Source: an uncultured candidate division Zixibacteria bacterium
Lineage (GTDB): Bacteria > Zixibacteria > MSB-5A5 > UBA10806
Assembly: GCA_963817915.1 (NCBI GenBank)
Contig: CAWFQL010000016.1
Coordinates: 32,001-96,000, forward strand
DNA length: 64,000 bases
Direction: 5' to 3'
The notes below the pieces were generated by a model. The model did no database searches, was not told the DNA's origin, and was given only the letters and a program-made list of their open reading frames with translations. A program made the position numbers and the translations under genes. The first letter of the stretch is position 1. Each line of letters opens with the position of its first letter. This document shows, in pieces, positions 9,150 through 19,572 of this stretch.

Positions 9150-10106
9150 CTATTTAATCAATTCCAGAAATTCTGGTTTAGATTTCAGGCCCGCTAAATC
9201 CGGGTCATTTGCAGCCATCTTTTTAAAGCCCGGTGCGATACTCAATGATTTCTGGATGCTCACAAAAGCCTCATCAAAATTCCCGGAAAGCGAAAGATAA
9301 CAAGCCAGATCATAATAAGTCTCCGGCATGCCAGGTCCCAGCTGAACCGACTTGCGGGCTTCCTTGACAGCGTTGATAAGATCGCCGGCCTGATTATATT
9401 GGGCCGCCATATTAAGATGGGAAAGCGGCGCGGCGATATTGAATAATCTCTTTATCTCTTTGAATGGCTCCTGGCTGTCGTCAACACGTATATCGATTTT
9501 TCTATCGTAACGCAAATTACTTGATTTTTGCACTACCAATAGTGCCGCCGATTGCTTCCCTCTGGCGTCTCCGCCCGCTGAATCTCCAGCCAGCAACGCG
9601 GCTAAAAGCTTTTCAGCCAATTCGCCCTGCGTATTCTCGAATGCCGCCACCATTTTGTTTACGACACTATCGGCCACGAGAATATTGCCCTGAGCCGCGC
9701 AGTTTGTTCCGACCTTGCCCCCCGCCCAGAACATACAATCTTTGCCTGTGTATGTGGCCGCGTTGCCTTTGGAGTCGATTACTCCTATCTGGCGGCGTGA
9801 CGAACCGGGGTCGGCTTTTGTGAGTGAGTCAATCACGGCTTGCGGAGTCATGCCTTTCTGCAAAAGCTCCAGCCCCATGATACCGTAATCCATATTCACC
9901 GATGCTTGAGTGGCGACCGCGCCAACTTCGGATTTGGCCCAGGGAACAACCGACCCGACCGCGAAATATTTGCTGGCCACTGCCACGCCCAGCTCACCGG
10001 TCGCGGGATCGCATCCGACTATTGAGAATGTGTTAACCGGCACTGTTGCATTAATCGCGGCCAACGGCAATAAAGCTAATAAGATTATGATCAGTATCTT
10101 TTTCAT
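9150..10106 (-). CDS. Secreted DUF1028 (Ntn-hydrolase-like) protein with a C-terminal TPR
   Basis: Signal peptide then NTFSIVGCDPATGELGVAVASKYFAVGSVVPWA, QGNIL, GGDARGKQSAALLVV, IRVDD; TPR-like tail ETYYDLACYLSL. Confidence 0.88.
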   Translation of the reverse strand: MKKILIIILLALLPLAAINATVPVNTFSIVGCDPATGELGVAVASKYFAVGSVVPWAKSEVGAVATQASVNMDYGIMGLELLQKGMTPQAVIDSLTKADPGSSRRQIGVIDSKGNAATYTGKDCMFWAGGKVGTNCAAQGNILVADSVVNKMVAAFENTQGELAEKLLAALLAGDSAGGDARGKQSAALLVVQKSSNLRYDRKIDIRVDDSQEPFKEIKRLFNIAAPLSHLNMAAQYNQAGDLINAVKEARKSVQLGPGMPETYYDLACYLSLSGNFDEAFVSIQKSLSIAPGFKKMAANDPDLAGLKSKPEFLELIK

Positions 10107-10574
10107 GGCAATCCTCCTTTAACAAAATTCACATTTTTATTATTTTGCCATAAGCCGGGAATATAGTCAAATGGAATATCTTGTATATCGACTAGATAAT
10201 ATGGTTGGCATCAGCATCCGTTTGTGCGAGCGCAAGCAATATCAAAAGAAATATCACGCCACACGATAACACAGGCTCAGTTTAATACTTACCATTATGG
10301 AAAAACTTCTGTTGAGCATCGAATTTATTTAGGCCGTCGTGGTTAATGGCAATCATATTTTGTTTTAGGATTCTAAAACAATTCCATAAAATTGTTACTA
10401 AGCATTTAATATGCATTTGGGTCGTATTAGTAGTAGGCTAAAGTATTGAAATGAGGCTAATTGCTTATCTTTCGAAATCTTTCGCCAGCTAGATCGAGCG
10501 AAGAACAAGGACTGTCCAGCGCTTAAACCTTATATTGACGCATTTCATTCGAGGCATCGGACTTTTTTTTACCA

Positions 10575-11108
10575 TCATTTATTGACAATTCCCGATTCAA
10601 TCGATTGATCTGTCTTTTCCGAGCCGACAGCAATCCTCCTAAAGAGCGCATTATAGATCTTGGAGGGTATACAAAAATCGACAAAGCTGACCAGAGAGGC
10701 CGATGTTAGCATGGCAGCGCCGACAATATAAACCATTGTGAAATTACCTCGATAAAAAAAGTAGTTGATCAATATCAGCATCGCAGTACCCATTGCGCAT
10801 GCGAAGCGGCCCTGAACCGGACGATGCGGAAGCTTGGGACGGCCTATTAAAAATCTAATACCGTAATTATAGAGATAATCTACTGGATGATATGGCGGAA
10901 TCATTCCCAAAATTGCAGTACCCAGAGCAAAAAGCAGAATCGGCTGACTCTTAAATACAACGCCCAATATTAGGAGGCCCCCGCAAAATGCGTAGGCAAG
11001 CCTGAATCCGAAACGATGCTGCCTTAGCTCCGGATCGGTTAATTCGCAATAGCCCTGATCATTGAGCTGTCTCTTTGACCACGGGGATATTATATATTCA
11101 CTATTCAT
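10575..11108 (-). CDS. DUF4395-family membrane protein
   Basis: Hydrophobic helices, HPVDYLYN, RFACAMG and DFCIPSKIY motifs; GGGAGG RBS. Confidence 0.7.
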   Translation of the reverse strand: MNSEYIISPWSKRQLNDQGYCELTDPELRQHRFGFRLAYAFCGGLLILGVVFKSQPILLFALGTAILGMIPPYHPVDYLYNYGIRFLIGRPKLPHRPVQGRFACAMGTAMLILINYFFYRGNFTMVYIVGAAMLTSASLVSFVDFCIPSKIYNALFRRIAVGSEKTDQSIESGIVNK

Positions 11109-11280
11109 AGAGTTTTACCTCCCCTAAAATATTTACTTGTAATTAAAACTGGTGTTTGAAATTAGAAGTTTCTGGTGATGGCATACTTATCAAGAATCGC
11201 CAGGAGGAACTCATAAATAGCCAAAATGGTTTTTCTCTGGAATTAGATTTTGACCAGAATTCCTAAACTAGGGAGATAAT

Positions 11281-11697
11281 ATGAAAATCAGCGCACGAGT
11301 CCACAATATTCAGGGCAAGAATGATGTGTCGTTGCAAACGGATGATAACGTACATGCGATCGCAATTGCTCCAAAATCATCCGGCTTTGGCTCAAGCGTA
11401 AACGGCGGGGAATTATTGTTATTGGCGTTGGCTACTTGTTATTGCAATGATATCTATAGAGAAGCTGCCAAAAGAGGAATCCATATTACCGATGTTGAAG
11501 TGAAAGTCGAAGGCGAATTTGGCAAAGAAGGTGAACCCGCAAGAAATATAACTTATAGTGCTAAATTGAGCGGAGACGCCAAGGAAAGCGACATTCTGGA
11601 ATTAATGAAACAAACCGATGCGCTTGCCGAAATCCAAAACACGCTGAGAATCGCAACGCCGGTAACGCTAAACAGCATAGAAATCATGAGAGTTTAG
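11281..11697 (+). CDS. OsmC/Ohr family protein
   Basis: GSSVNGGELLLLALATCYCND motif; 138 aa; GGGAG RBS. Confidence 0.85.
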   Translation: MKISARVHNIQGKNDVSLQTDDNVHAIAIAPKSSGFGSSVNGGELLLLALATCYCNDIYREAAKRGIHITDVEVKVEGEFGKEGEPARNITYSAKLSGDAKESDILELMKQTDALAEIQNTLRIATPVTLNSIEIMRV

Positions 11698-11865
11698 CAT
11701 ATAATAGAACATACATTAATTCTAATCAGCCATGACATAAAGCATTAGCCTCTTAAATGAGAGATTTTTTATTGACAAATTATCGGTAATCTTGGAAACT
11801 ATAATAAAATATAGATAGGGCTTACGCCCAATGGAGATTATGGATAATAAGGGGAACAAGATATA

Positions 11866-12792
11866 ATGGGAATTTGCAGAAATATCTTAGATGCTATAGG
11901 AAATACTTCTATAGTACAGCTGCATAAAGTTGTCCCTTCCGATAGCGCGAAGATTTTCGTAAAGCTTGAATGGGAAAATCCCTCGGGCAGCATGAAAGAT
12001 CGGACGGCGCTGGCTATGATTTCGAAGGCTGAGGAAGACGGCCGATTAAAACCAGGCGATTCAATTGTAGAGTATACGGGCGGCAGTACCGGGATTTCGC
12101 TCGCATTGATTTGCGCGGCGAAAGGGTACCGGATTCATATTGTTACCTCGGATGCATTCAGCAGGGAAAAATTGAAGCAGATGGCCGCATTCGGAGCAGA
12201 GCTAACGCTCATACCGAGTGAGGGCGGACTTACAACAAAGAAATTGATATTGGATATGATTGAAGCCGCCAGAGAAATCAGCCGAAAACCGCATACCTTC
12301 TGGACAAATCAACTAAGTAATATCGATAGTATCTCAGGATATTACCCGTTGGCCGAGGAGATATGGAATCAGACCAAAGGCAAACTCGATGCATTTGTAC
12401 ACAGCGTGGGCACCGGCGCATCATTGCGGGGCGTGGCAACTGTGTTAAGGCGATACAATCCAGGACTCAAGATTATAGCAGTGGAACCGGGGGAATCCGC
12501 GGTGTTGTCTGGGGGACAGGCCGGGCCTCACAAAATTGAAGGCGTTGGTATCGGATATACTCCGCCGCTCTGGGATCCTAGTCTTATCGATGAAATTGTT
12601 GCGGTGAAAACTGACGACGCCAAAGCCATGGCCCGCAGATTGGCTCGTGAAGAAGGTTTATTTGCAGGAACATCATCGGGGGCAAATGTAGTCGCGGCAA
12701 TACAAGTCGCAAAGAGATTAGGGCCAGATGCAAGTATAGCCACCTTGATGGTCGATTCCGGATTAAAATATCTGAGTACGGATGTCTATTAA
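11866..12792 (+). CDS. cysK: Cysteine synthase family PLP enzyme
   Basis: IGNT, NPSGSMKDR (PLP lysine), VGTGASLRG, HKIEGVGIG, GTSSGAN, DSGLKYLST; substrate loop is the variant EYTGGSTG. Confidence 0.85.
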   Translation: MGICRNILDAIGNTSIVQLHKVVPSDSAKIFVKLEWENPSGSMKDRTALAMISKAEEDGRLKPGDSIVEYTGGSTGISLALICAAKGYRIHIVTSDAFSREKLKQMAAFGAELTLIPSEGGLTTKKLILDMIEAAREISRKPHTFWTNQLSNIDSISGYYPLAEEIWNQTKGKLDAFVHSVGTGASLRGVATVLRRYNPGLKIIAVEPGESAVLSGGQAGPHKIEGVGIGYTPPLWDPSLIDEIVAVKTDDAKAMARRLAREEGLFAGTSSGANVVAAIQVAKRLGPDASIATLMVDSGLKYLSTDVY

Positions 12793-12835
12793 AATTTGAA
12801 GTCGTTTAAATTTCAAACGAAGAGGGGGAATCCAA

Positions 12836-13618
12836 ATGAAAGTGCTATATTTTATAAGAGCAATACTGCTAGTTGTTTCAACCATATTCGTAAATTGCGC
12901 TGGATCAAATAAACCGAAGGTAATTCAACGGGTGCTCCCGCCGCCTATCGAAACAAACTGCTATCTGATGTATGATGATAAAAGCGGAGAGGCCGCACTT
13001 GTCGATGTCGGCGGACAAATTGACACGCTGACAGCATTCATTGAAAAAAATCACCTGAAAATAAAGTACATATTTATCACACATTGTCATCCCGATCATG
13101 TATTTGGACTGCCCGCTATCAAAGAGCTATTTCCCGAAGCAAAAATATGCATTTCCAGAGCGGATTTCGAGGATACCAAGTTGTATTCGCAATGGGAGAG
13201 CAAAATGAGTCCGGAAATGGTGGCAGAAATCAAGAAATCTCCCGAAGCCGTAGCTTTCATGAATTTCGACATCAGCAAATTTTGCCAGCCGGATATCTTC
13301 CTCGAAAATAATCAAACTTACAAAGTTGGCAATATTGATGTTAGAACCATTTTCTCGCCGGGCCATTCCAGGGGAAGCGTCTGCTACTGGGCAGGAAATG
13401 TGTTATTCTCCGGTGACGTTTTGTCCTACAAAAGCGTAGGTCGAACCGACTTAGTTGGGGGTGAACGGGATTCATTAGTTACATCGGTCAGACGGCTCTA
13501 TTCCATGCTACCTGAAGAGACGATCGTGTATCCGGGCCACCGCCAGTTTACCGATATCGGCTTTGAGAAAAAGAATAATCTAAAAATCTCGGAAGACTCG
13601 ATAAACATCCCTAATTGA
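12836..13618 (+). CDS. MBL-fold metallo-hydrolase (glyoxalase II-like) with an N-terminal signal/lipoprotein peptide
   Basis: TNCY, THCHPDH (HxHxDH), SPGHSRG, FSGD, VGRTDL, VYPGH. Confidence 0.88.
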   Translation: MKVLYFIRAILLVVSTIFVNCAGSNKPKVIQRVLPPPIETNCYLMYDDKSGEAALVDVGGQIDTLTAFIEKNHLKIKYIFITHCHPDHVFGLPAIKELFPEAKICISRADFEDTKLYSQWESKMSPEMVAEIKKSPEAVAFMNFDISKFCQPDIFLENNQTYKVGNIDVRTIFSPGHSRGSVCYWAGNVLFSGDVLSYKSVGRTDLVGGERDSLVTSVRRLYSMLPEETIVYPGHRQFTDIGFEKKNNLKISEDSINIPN

Positions 13619-13938
13619 GGAAACTCCGAGACATCGCGAAATTCTTAGTCCAAATTGATCCGATGGCTGCAGTAAGGCACAATCAGATTATTTGGGGCAC
13701 AGCAAATAATCGTCTTCATATATTTTAATAAGGTAACAGTTGGCGATTTTATAAAGCGCAAAAACAAATCGACAGCAAAGACCATTCGGCGGCGCTCCGA
13801 CGTTAATTTTCGGCCTGATACAAAATCTTAGAAACTTCTTATAATTCTCACAGGTTTTTTATTCTTGTAATTGGAATTTCGGCCACGCAATGGCCTTTAG
13901 TAGTTGTATTTCTCTAAATCTAAAGAAAAGGAGCAACA

Positions 13939-14334
13939 TTGAAAAAGGGCCCTCCTCCAAAAGATATTGATGCATATCTAAATGCGGTACCAAAAGAGAT
14001 GCGGGACGTACTCGAACAACTGCGTAATACTATCAAAGCCGCCGCGCCGAACGCCGAGGAAACCATCAGTTACCAAATGCCGGCTTTCAAATATCATGGG
14101 GTATTGGTTTATTTTGCGGCATTCAAAAACCATTGCAGCCTTTTCCCGGCTAGTAAATCAATAATGAAATTATTCAAAAATGAACTTGAACCATTCGACA
14201 TTTCCAAAGGTGCAACCATTCATTTCACCGCCGAAAATCCGCTTCCGGGAGGGCTAATTAGAAAGATAGTCAAAGCAAGGATTCAGGAAAACGAACTCCG
14301 TTTCATGAATAAGAAAAAGAGTAGATTGAAATGA
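13939..14334 (+). CDS. DUF1801 / YdhG-like protein
   Basis: IDAYL...LRNTIKAAAPNAEETISYQMPAF...VYFAAFKNHCSLFP; AAGGAG RBS before the TTG start. Confidence 0.88.
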   Translation: MKKGPPPKDIDAYLNAVPKEMRDVLEQLRNTIKAAAPNAEETISYQMPAFKYHGVLVYFAAFKNHCSLFPASKSIMKLFKNELEPFDISKGATIHFTAENPLPGGLIRKIVKARIQENELRFMNKKKSRLK

Positions 14335-14906
14335 GAAAAATACATCTATTGATGCATACCTCACTTGACGGATTTGTGGCTGGACCAAACGGAGAATTTG
14401 ATTGGGTTCGGGTTGACGATGAACTTATGGAAATTGCTCTTGAACTAACCGACAATGCGGACACAGTTTTATATGGACGCGTAACCTTTCAAATGATGGA
14501 AAATTACTGGCCGACCGCGGGAGATAAACCCAATGCTTCCAGGCATGATATAGAGCATTCCAAATGGTATAACTCGGTCGAGAAGGTTGTCCTATCCAAA
14601 ACAATGAAAAAAGCGATTACCAAAAACACGAGATTTATCGGCGACAATATCCTCGACGAGATCAATCAGCTTAAAAGAAAGCCCGGCAAGAATATATTAA
14701 TAATCGGCAGCCCGTCTTTTGTCCATCTGCTGATGAAGCAAAACCTGATCGACGATTATTGGCTTTTTGTAAACCCAATAGTTCTCGGCAAAGGCATTCC
14801 CTTATTCTCCGGGATCAAAGACAAATTTCAGCTAAAGCTTTTGAGAAGCAAAGAATATTCAATAGGCGTAATTGCTCTCCATTATGAGAGAAAATCGGTA
14901 AACTAA
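14331..14906 (+). CDS. Dihydrofolate-reductase-fold (RibD C-terminal-like) protein
   Basis: SLDGFVAGPNG, LYGRVTF, KVVLSKT, IIGS, LIDDYWLFVNPIVLGKGIPLF; ATGA overlap with the upstream gene. Confidence 0.9.
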   Translation: MRKIHLLMHTSLDGFVAGPNGEFDWVRVDDELMEIALELTDNADTVLYGRVTFQMMENYWPTAGDKPNASRHDIEHSKWYNSVEKVVLSKTMKKAITKNTRFIGDNILDEINQLKRKPGKNILIIGSPSFVHLLMKQNLIDDYWLFVNPIVLGKGIPLFSGIKDKFQLKLLRSKEYSIGVIALHYERKSVN

Positions 14907-14933
14907 AGTGCTAACAAGCTGTAAGGAGGCTAT

Positions 14934-15407
14934 ATGCAAAAAATAACAACGGTTCTGACATTCAACGATCAAGCTGAAGAAGCTGTCAATTTTTATACGT
15001 CAATAATCAAAAATTCCAAGATTGTGAGTACTACTCGCTACGGAGACGCGGGGCCGGGACCCAAAGGGTCGGTAATGGTAATTGAATTTCAACTCTTTGG
15101 GCAGGGATTTCTGGCATTGAATGGCGGCCCGCATTTCAAGTTCGCGCAAGGCATATCATTACTCGTGAATTGCGAGACACAACAGGAAGTTGATGAGCTT
15201 TGGGAAGAGCTTTCCGAAGGTGGCGAAAAGCAGCAATGCGGCTGGCTGATAGATAAATTCGGTGTGACCTGGCAGGTTGCTCCTACAGTTTTGGGGAAGC
15301 TGATGCAGGACAAAGATCCGGCAAAGGCAAAAAGAGTTACAGAGGCATTGATGAGGATGGAAAAAATCGAAATAAAGGCTTTAGAATTGGCGTACGCCGG
15401 TAAGTAA
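14934..15407 (+). CDS. VOC family protein (PhnB / 3-demethylubiquinone-9 3-methyltransferase-like)
   Basis: MQKIT.LTFNDQAEEAVNFY, ALNGGPHFKF, ETQQEVDELW, QCGWLIDKFGVTWQV. Confidence 0.9.
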   Translation: MQKITTVLTFNDQAEEAVNFYTSIIKNSKIVSTTRYGDAGPGPKGSVMVIEFQLFGQGFLALNGGPHFKFAQGISLLVNCETQQEVDELWEELSEGGEKQQCGWLIDKFGVTWQVAPTVLGKLMQDKDPAKAKRVTEALMRMEKIEIKALELAYAGK

Positions 15408-15422
15408 ATTTAGGGGGCCATT

Positions 15423-15977
15423 ATGCGAAAGCTAATAGCATTCAATTTCGTCACTCTTAACGGCTACTTCAAGGGGCCTAATGACGATATCAGCTGGAAT
15501 AATCACGACGCTGAAGAAAATGAGTTTGCCGCCGAAAACCTCAAAGCCGGGAGCACGCTGCTTTTTGGACGAGTGACTTATGAGATGATGGCAAGTTTCT
15601 GGCCGACACCCATGGCTGCTCAAAGTTCACCCGCCGTAGCTGAGGGAATGAACAAGGCGGAAAAAGTCGTATTTTCACGAACGATGAAAAAGGCTGAGTG
15701 GAATAATACCAAAGTGGTGAAAGGTGATATTGTAGAGGCAACCAGAAAAATGAAACAGATGCCGGGCAAGGATATGACGTTGCTTGGCAGTGGATCGGTT
15801 ATCACCCAGCTTGCGGAAAATGGCTTAATAGATGAGTACCAGATAATGGTCGATCCTGTAGCCATAGGAGATGGAACGCCAATTTTCAAAGACATCAAGC
15901 ATAAACTAAATCTGAAACTTACCAAAACCAGAACTTTCAAGAACGGAGTTGTTCTTCTCTGCTACAAACCGGTCTGA
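15423..15977 (+). CDS. Dihydrofolate-reductase-fold (RibD C-terminal-like) protein
   Basis: TLNGYFKGP, LLFGRVTYEMMASFWP, KVVFSRT, LGSGSV, LIDEYQIMVDP. Confidence 0.9.
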   Translation: MRKLIAFNFVTLNGYFKGPNDDISWNNHDAEENEFAAENLKAGSTLLFGRVTYEMMASFWPTPMAAQSSPAVAEGMNKAEKVVFSRTMKKAEWNNTKVVKGDIVEATRKMKQMPGKDMTLLGSGSVITQLAENGLIDEYQIMVDPVAIGDGTPIFKDIKHKLNLKLTKTRTFKNGVVLLCYKPV

Positions 15978-16442
15978 TTAGGGCATTGGGTCACCGGATG
16001 ATCGGTAAGTTTACGGGCATTGACTGTCAATTATATTTGACTTCATAGCAATGGCAGCGGCTGAAGTTTCTTACTCGAAAGGATTAATTGTCCGTGGAGC
16101 GAAGGATATTTTCCTGAACTAATAATCGCCAAATGGGTCATTCTATAGATTTAGAATCATCCAATATTGATAGTAAATATTAGATATTAAACTTGTCCTT
16201 TCAAATTTATTTTGAAAATGACAATTATTTTCATTTTGCGGAAACAATCGGAGTGTAATTATTTGTTTATTGCCCACGGTGTGATATTTTTTTGTAAACC
16301 GAAAGGTCTGATCAATTGGAGTACGCAATACACATTCGAAAAGATTATCAATGTATATATTGGGGCTGTTTAATTTGGCTGATGGGATTAACCATGAAAG
16401 CAGGGTACAATATTTATAGCTACCCGGACTGGAGAGCATTTT

Positions 16443-17867
16443 ATGATCAGCATGAAAGTAACCGCTGAAACCGGTGAAGCCCTCACCGTAGACGCGGCGG
16501 CTTTGGAAAATCTGCAATCATCGCTGCGCGGAAGATTGATTTTCCCTGGCGACGATGGCTACGATAAGGCCAGGACGGTTTGGAACGCCATGATCGATCG
16601 CAAACCGACATTGGTTGTGCAATGCGCCGGAGTCGCGGATATTCGCAACGCTGTAAATTTCGCGCGCGAATACAAATTGCTGACTGCTGTAAAAGGCGCG
16701 GGCCATAATATTGCCGGTAATGCTGTTTGCGACGGCGGGCTCCTCATCGATCTATCAAATATGCGCAGTGTGACAGTTGATCCGATCGCCAGAATCGCAC
16801 ATGTCGAGCCGGGAGTGACTCTCGCTGAATTCGATCATGAATGTCAGGCGTTCGGGTTAGCCACCCCTGTAGGAATCAATTCGACTACGGGTATCTCGGG
16901 CCTCACGCTCGGGGGCGGATTCGGTTGGCTATCCCGCAGATATGGAATGACAGTTGACAATCTGATTGCCGCGGACGTTGTCACATCCGATGGCAGATTG
17001 CTTCGCGCCAGCGACAGGGATAATTCTGATTTATTTTGGGCGATTCGCGGCGGCAGCGGTAATTTCGGGATCGTGAGCCGATTTGAATTCAGGCTTCATC
17101 CGGTCGGGCCGAATGTCTTTTGTGGATTGATCGTATACCCGTTAAAGGAAGCCGCGTCAGCATTAAAGAAACTCCGGGAGTACGCCAGAACGCTCGGCGA
17201 TGATACAGCCGTCTGGTCAGTCATGCGCAAAGCGCCGCCTCTGCCCTTTCTTCCAACTCAGGTGTATGGTACTGAGGTAATAGTATTTTGCGTATTTCAT
17301 GGCGGCAATCCTGAAGAGGGCAAAGAGATAATTCAACCCGTTCGCAAATTTGGGACAGTCTTAGGGGAGCACATTGGAGCGCAGCCATATACGGCGTGGC
17401 AGAAAGCGTTCGACCCCCTGCTTACTCCGGGGGCAAGGAATTATTGGAAATCTCACAATTTCGTCGATTTGAGCGACGGTGTAATTGATGTCGCAGTGCG
17501 GTACGCTTCCAATCTTCCTTCTCCGCAATGCGAGATATTTTTCGGCATGCTTGGCGGCGCTACAGCTCGTCCATTGCCCGATGCAACCGCCTATTCGCAC
17601 CGCGATGCCATCTACGTCTGCAATGTCCATGGACGCTGGGAATCAGCTTCGGAGGATAGAAAAGGCATTGAATGGGCGCGGGGATTCTATCGCGACGCAG
17701 CACCATTCGCTACCGGCGGCGTTTATGTCAACTTCATGACCGATGACGAAACAGATCGTATTAAGGCTGCTTACGGCCCGGGATATAACCGTCTGTCGGC
17801 TGTTAAGAAGAAATACGATCCGGATAACCTGTTCCGTATGAATCAGAATATACGACCGGGGGCATAG
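16443..17867 (+). CDS. FAD-binding oxidoreductase (FAD_binding_4 plus berberine-bridge-enzyme C-terminal domain)
   Basis: VWNAMIDRKP, KGAGHNIAG (flavinylation His), GLTLGGGFGWL, DLFWAIRGGSGNFGIV, YVNF, KKKYDPDNLFRMNQNI. Confidence 0.92.
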   Translation: MISMKVTAETGEALTVDAAALENLQSSLRGRLIFPGDDGYDKARTVWNAMIDRKPTLVVQCAGVADIRNAVNFAREYKLLTAVKGAGHNIAGNAVCDGGLLIDLSNMRSVTVDPIARIAHVEPGVTLAEFDHECQAFGLATPVGINSTTGISGLTLGGGFGWLSRRYGMTVDNLIAADVVTSDGRLLRASDRDNSDLFWAIRGGSGNFGIVSRFEFRLHPVGPNVFCGLIVYPLKEAASALKKLREYARTLGDDTAVWSVMRKAPPLPFLPTQVYGTEVIVFCVFHGGNPEEGKEIIQPVRKFGTVLGEHIGAQPYTAWQKAFDPLLTPGARNYWKSHNFVDLSDGVIDVAVRYASNLPSPQCEIFFGMLGGATARPLPDATAYSHRDAIYVCNVHGRWESASEDRKGIEWARGFYRDAAPFATGGVYVNFMTDDETDRIKAAYGPGYNRLSAVKKKYDPDNLFRMNQNIRPGA

Positions 17868-18277
17868 TCGATAATAATTCTTGACTTGTATTTTCCTATA
17901 ATTTAATATTTCCATGTACGTGGTTTAACGCCTTTTTAAGTATTTGTATGATCTTGTCCCCATGTTTGCATCTGCGCGTTGGCACCAGTGTTTGCTATCG
18001 TGTCATGTGAGGTTGCCGTTTTCCTTTCTTTACACCAGTTATAATGGGCGATGATCTTATTGTCCCTATTTCGGGATATGTGGTCAAATCGAAAGCATGC
18101 CAGCGGCACGATAATTCTTTTTGTGCCATCGACATATTTGGGGAGGGTTTGATATGATCAGGCGATAGGAAATCTGCATCTAATGCGGATAAATCTGATT
18201 ATCGTTGTTATTATAAAGAATAGGCAATGTTCGTAATTGTTGAATTGACGTTTCACAAACAAAGAAAGGATTAGGCA

Positions 18278-19334
18278 ATGAAATCAATTTTTAATGTTGG
18301 TAACACATTAGTATGGGCATTGGTGAGTATAATGATAATAACTTTGTTTTCAGGATGCTGCCCGCCATTTTGTGGTCATCCAGATACAACTAAACGGTAT
18401 ATTTTGGCATATGTCGACACGAATTGGCTACTCCGCTTTCGATGGTCAGATGATGGAACAACCTGGACTACCGCAGGAGGAACGCCTCAAAGTGTAGATT
18501 GGGGATCTGGTATTGATATGGATGATGCGGGCATCTACATGGCAATATATAAATCCAGCGGATCATATCCTGTCAAAGTTCTACGAGGCTTATACAATGC
18601 ATGGGATAGCACACCTAGGACAGTAGGCAGTGAAGGTTATCCAAATGAGATTCATTCAGGGACATCGATTGTCCATGTGGAAGGGGAAAAATGGCTGGTA
18701 GCATATAATAATTATAATCAGGCAAAGGTCGTTATATATGACAATTCAATTCCACAAGATTTCAAAGATGTGGTGACCCCTGTTATCGGCGTAGTCGCAA
18801 ACAACGATCTCATTGATAAACCAGCCCTCGTGAATCGAAACGGCAAAATTATTGTATCTTGGCTAATGGAAAATCAGCTTCAGATGGTAACGGGTGATAT
18901 TCAGTCTGGAATTCCCGTATGGCAACCGGGATACTCATTCAGCGCGAATGTTGTCGAACAGGGATACGGACCGCCCATTGGCTCACATGGATTAGCTCGC
19001 GACCTTCAACACTTTTATGCAGCTGTAGTACGTCAAAGGGATCCATTGCCTGGTGAGCAAGTTAGTCGTTACTTTCTTTTTGTATATATCTCCGGATAAT
19101 GGACTCAACTGGACTAAGCTGGCCTCAAGGGAATCAAGAAATCCCGAATCGATGAGCATTGCCACCCGCGGGATAAATGACATGATCGTAATACTAAGCA
19201 GTCCAATTGAGAACAACCCATCGACTTCATATCACTTTGATGGATCGAATTGGTCAGTACTCGATCTAAATGCAGTATTCGGTGACCACCCAATTAATGC
19301 AGGCTACGATTTCATGATTTACTCACGGCAATAG
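18278..19334 (+). pseudogene. Asp-box (BNR)-containing beta-rich lipoprotein split by a frameshift near 19085-19092 (possible assembly error)
   Basis: Lipobox FSGC; Asp-box WSDDGTTW in frame 1 and SPDNGLNW in the overlapping frame; adding one AT unit to the TATATAT run fuses the two ORFs. Confidence 0.65.
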
Positions 19335-19382
19335 TTATAGATAACTTGGTGGGGCAATAAGTCTGTAAATGGCTTGGATTGA

Positions 19383-19416
19383 CGGAGCCTTCGGGATATC
19401 CTCTGGGCTCCGATTT
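19383..19416 (+). terminator. Hairpin after the lipoprotein gene, possible terminator
   Basis: CGGAGCC...GGCTCCG stem followed by ATTT. Confidence 0.35.
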
Positions 19417-19572
19417 GTAGTATTTAATCTCGGAATCTTATGTAACCTGATCAATTAGTAGTCAGGATCGGTTACATTATGCAAATTAATATTTTGTGCA
19501 TTTGCACTTTGCGATTCAATTGAAGTATCAATGAAGCTCTCGATTGCAAAGAATTTGCCCTCCTTTTTGAAG

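Noticed and set aside
16143..16517. 124-aa minus-strand ORF
   Set aside because: Spans AT-rich promoter DNA and overlaps the oxidoreductase start; no protein-like features.
10575..17867. Run of small accessory genes resembling an integron cassette array
   Set aside because: No integrase seen, no repeated attC-like RYYYAAC...GTTRRRY palindromes between genes, and some genes overlap like a normal operon.
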